In this document: positions 55,207-55,452 of the stretch, piece by piece
Position numbering within the stretch: the first letter of the stretch is position 1
Layout: the number at the start of each line of letters is the position of its first letter
Source of the DNA: a virus
Taxonomy: Duplodnaviria; Caudoviricetes
Direction: 5' to 3' (one strand)
IMG/VR virus record: IMGVR_UViG_3300049896_000004
Span: 1-55,452 of that record
Length of the DNA stretch: 55,452 bases
Program-made: the position numbers and the translations under genes
Notes under the pieces: generated by a model
The model's database searches: none
Told to the model about the DNA's origin: nothing
The model's input: the letters and a program-made list of their open reading frames with translations, nothing else

Positions 55207-55359
55207 TCAGCCGCGGTGGGGCTTGTCCTGGCCGGCCTGGATGCGGGCGATCTCGACGCGGCCGCGGGTGACGACAGCGAGGCCGCCGACGACGACTAGG
55301 CCGAGGCCGACGACGCACCCGCCGAGGAGTACCCAGACCAGCGCTGCTGTACCCGACAT
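55207..55359 (-). CDS. 50-aa single-TM membrane peptide
   Basis: GAGGAGG RBS; MSGTAALVWVLLGGCVVGLGLVVVGGLAVVTRGR... Confidence 0.65.
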   Translation of the reverse strand: MSGTAALVWVLLGGCVVGLGLVVVGGLAVVTRGRVEIARIQAGQDKPHRG

Positions 55360-55407
55360 GAGGACCTCCTCAGAGATGTCGGGGTGAGCGTATCGCCGCA
55401 GCCATAA

Positions 55408-55443
55408 CGAAGGGCCGCACGCCGCTTGGCGTGCGGCCCTTCG
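55408..55443. terminator. 16-bp perfect hairpin
   Basis: CGAAGGGCCGCACGCC-GCTT-GGCGTGCGGCCCTTCG. Confidence 0.75.
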
Positions 55444-55452
55444 CTGCGTTCG

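Noticed and set aside
1-55452. tRNA, rRNA, integrase/att site, IS elements, lysis genes
   Set aside because: None recognisable by eye, so free phage, prophage and plasmid-prophage cannot be distinguished from this window

Overview
High-GC actinobacterial (Streptomyces-like) siphophage or prophage segment, coded almost entirely on the minus strand. From right to left: (i) an early/accessory region (~42.1-55.4 kb) with a divergent double-HTH regulator, six promoters carrying 13-bp-periodic TTGCAA arrays, repeated intergenic hairpins and two large mosaic proteins; (ii) an enzyme cluster directly upstream of the terminase (32.1-42.1 kb): two Zn-insert ParB proteins, GP88, a DegT aminotransferase, inositol-3-phosphate synthase, three PP-loop/PAPS-reductase-family proteins, an IbrB-like ParB and a cupin, largely translationally coupled. 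This is the best candidate for an undescribed system, possibly amino-inositol modification of DNA; (iii) terminase, portal, a MuF/2H-phosphoesterase/wHTH fusion, capsid, Cys-rich accessory virion proteins, a methyltransferase/glycosyltransferase/Stealth-like set, tail genes with a non-canonical frameshift, and a tape measure gene that runs off the left edge. A 21-nt motif precedes four late genes and is followed by stems that cover the ribosome-binding/start region. No integrase, lysin, tRNA or CRISPR array was seen. All calls come from reading motifs by eye; no searches were run.
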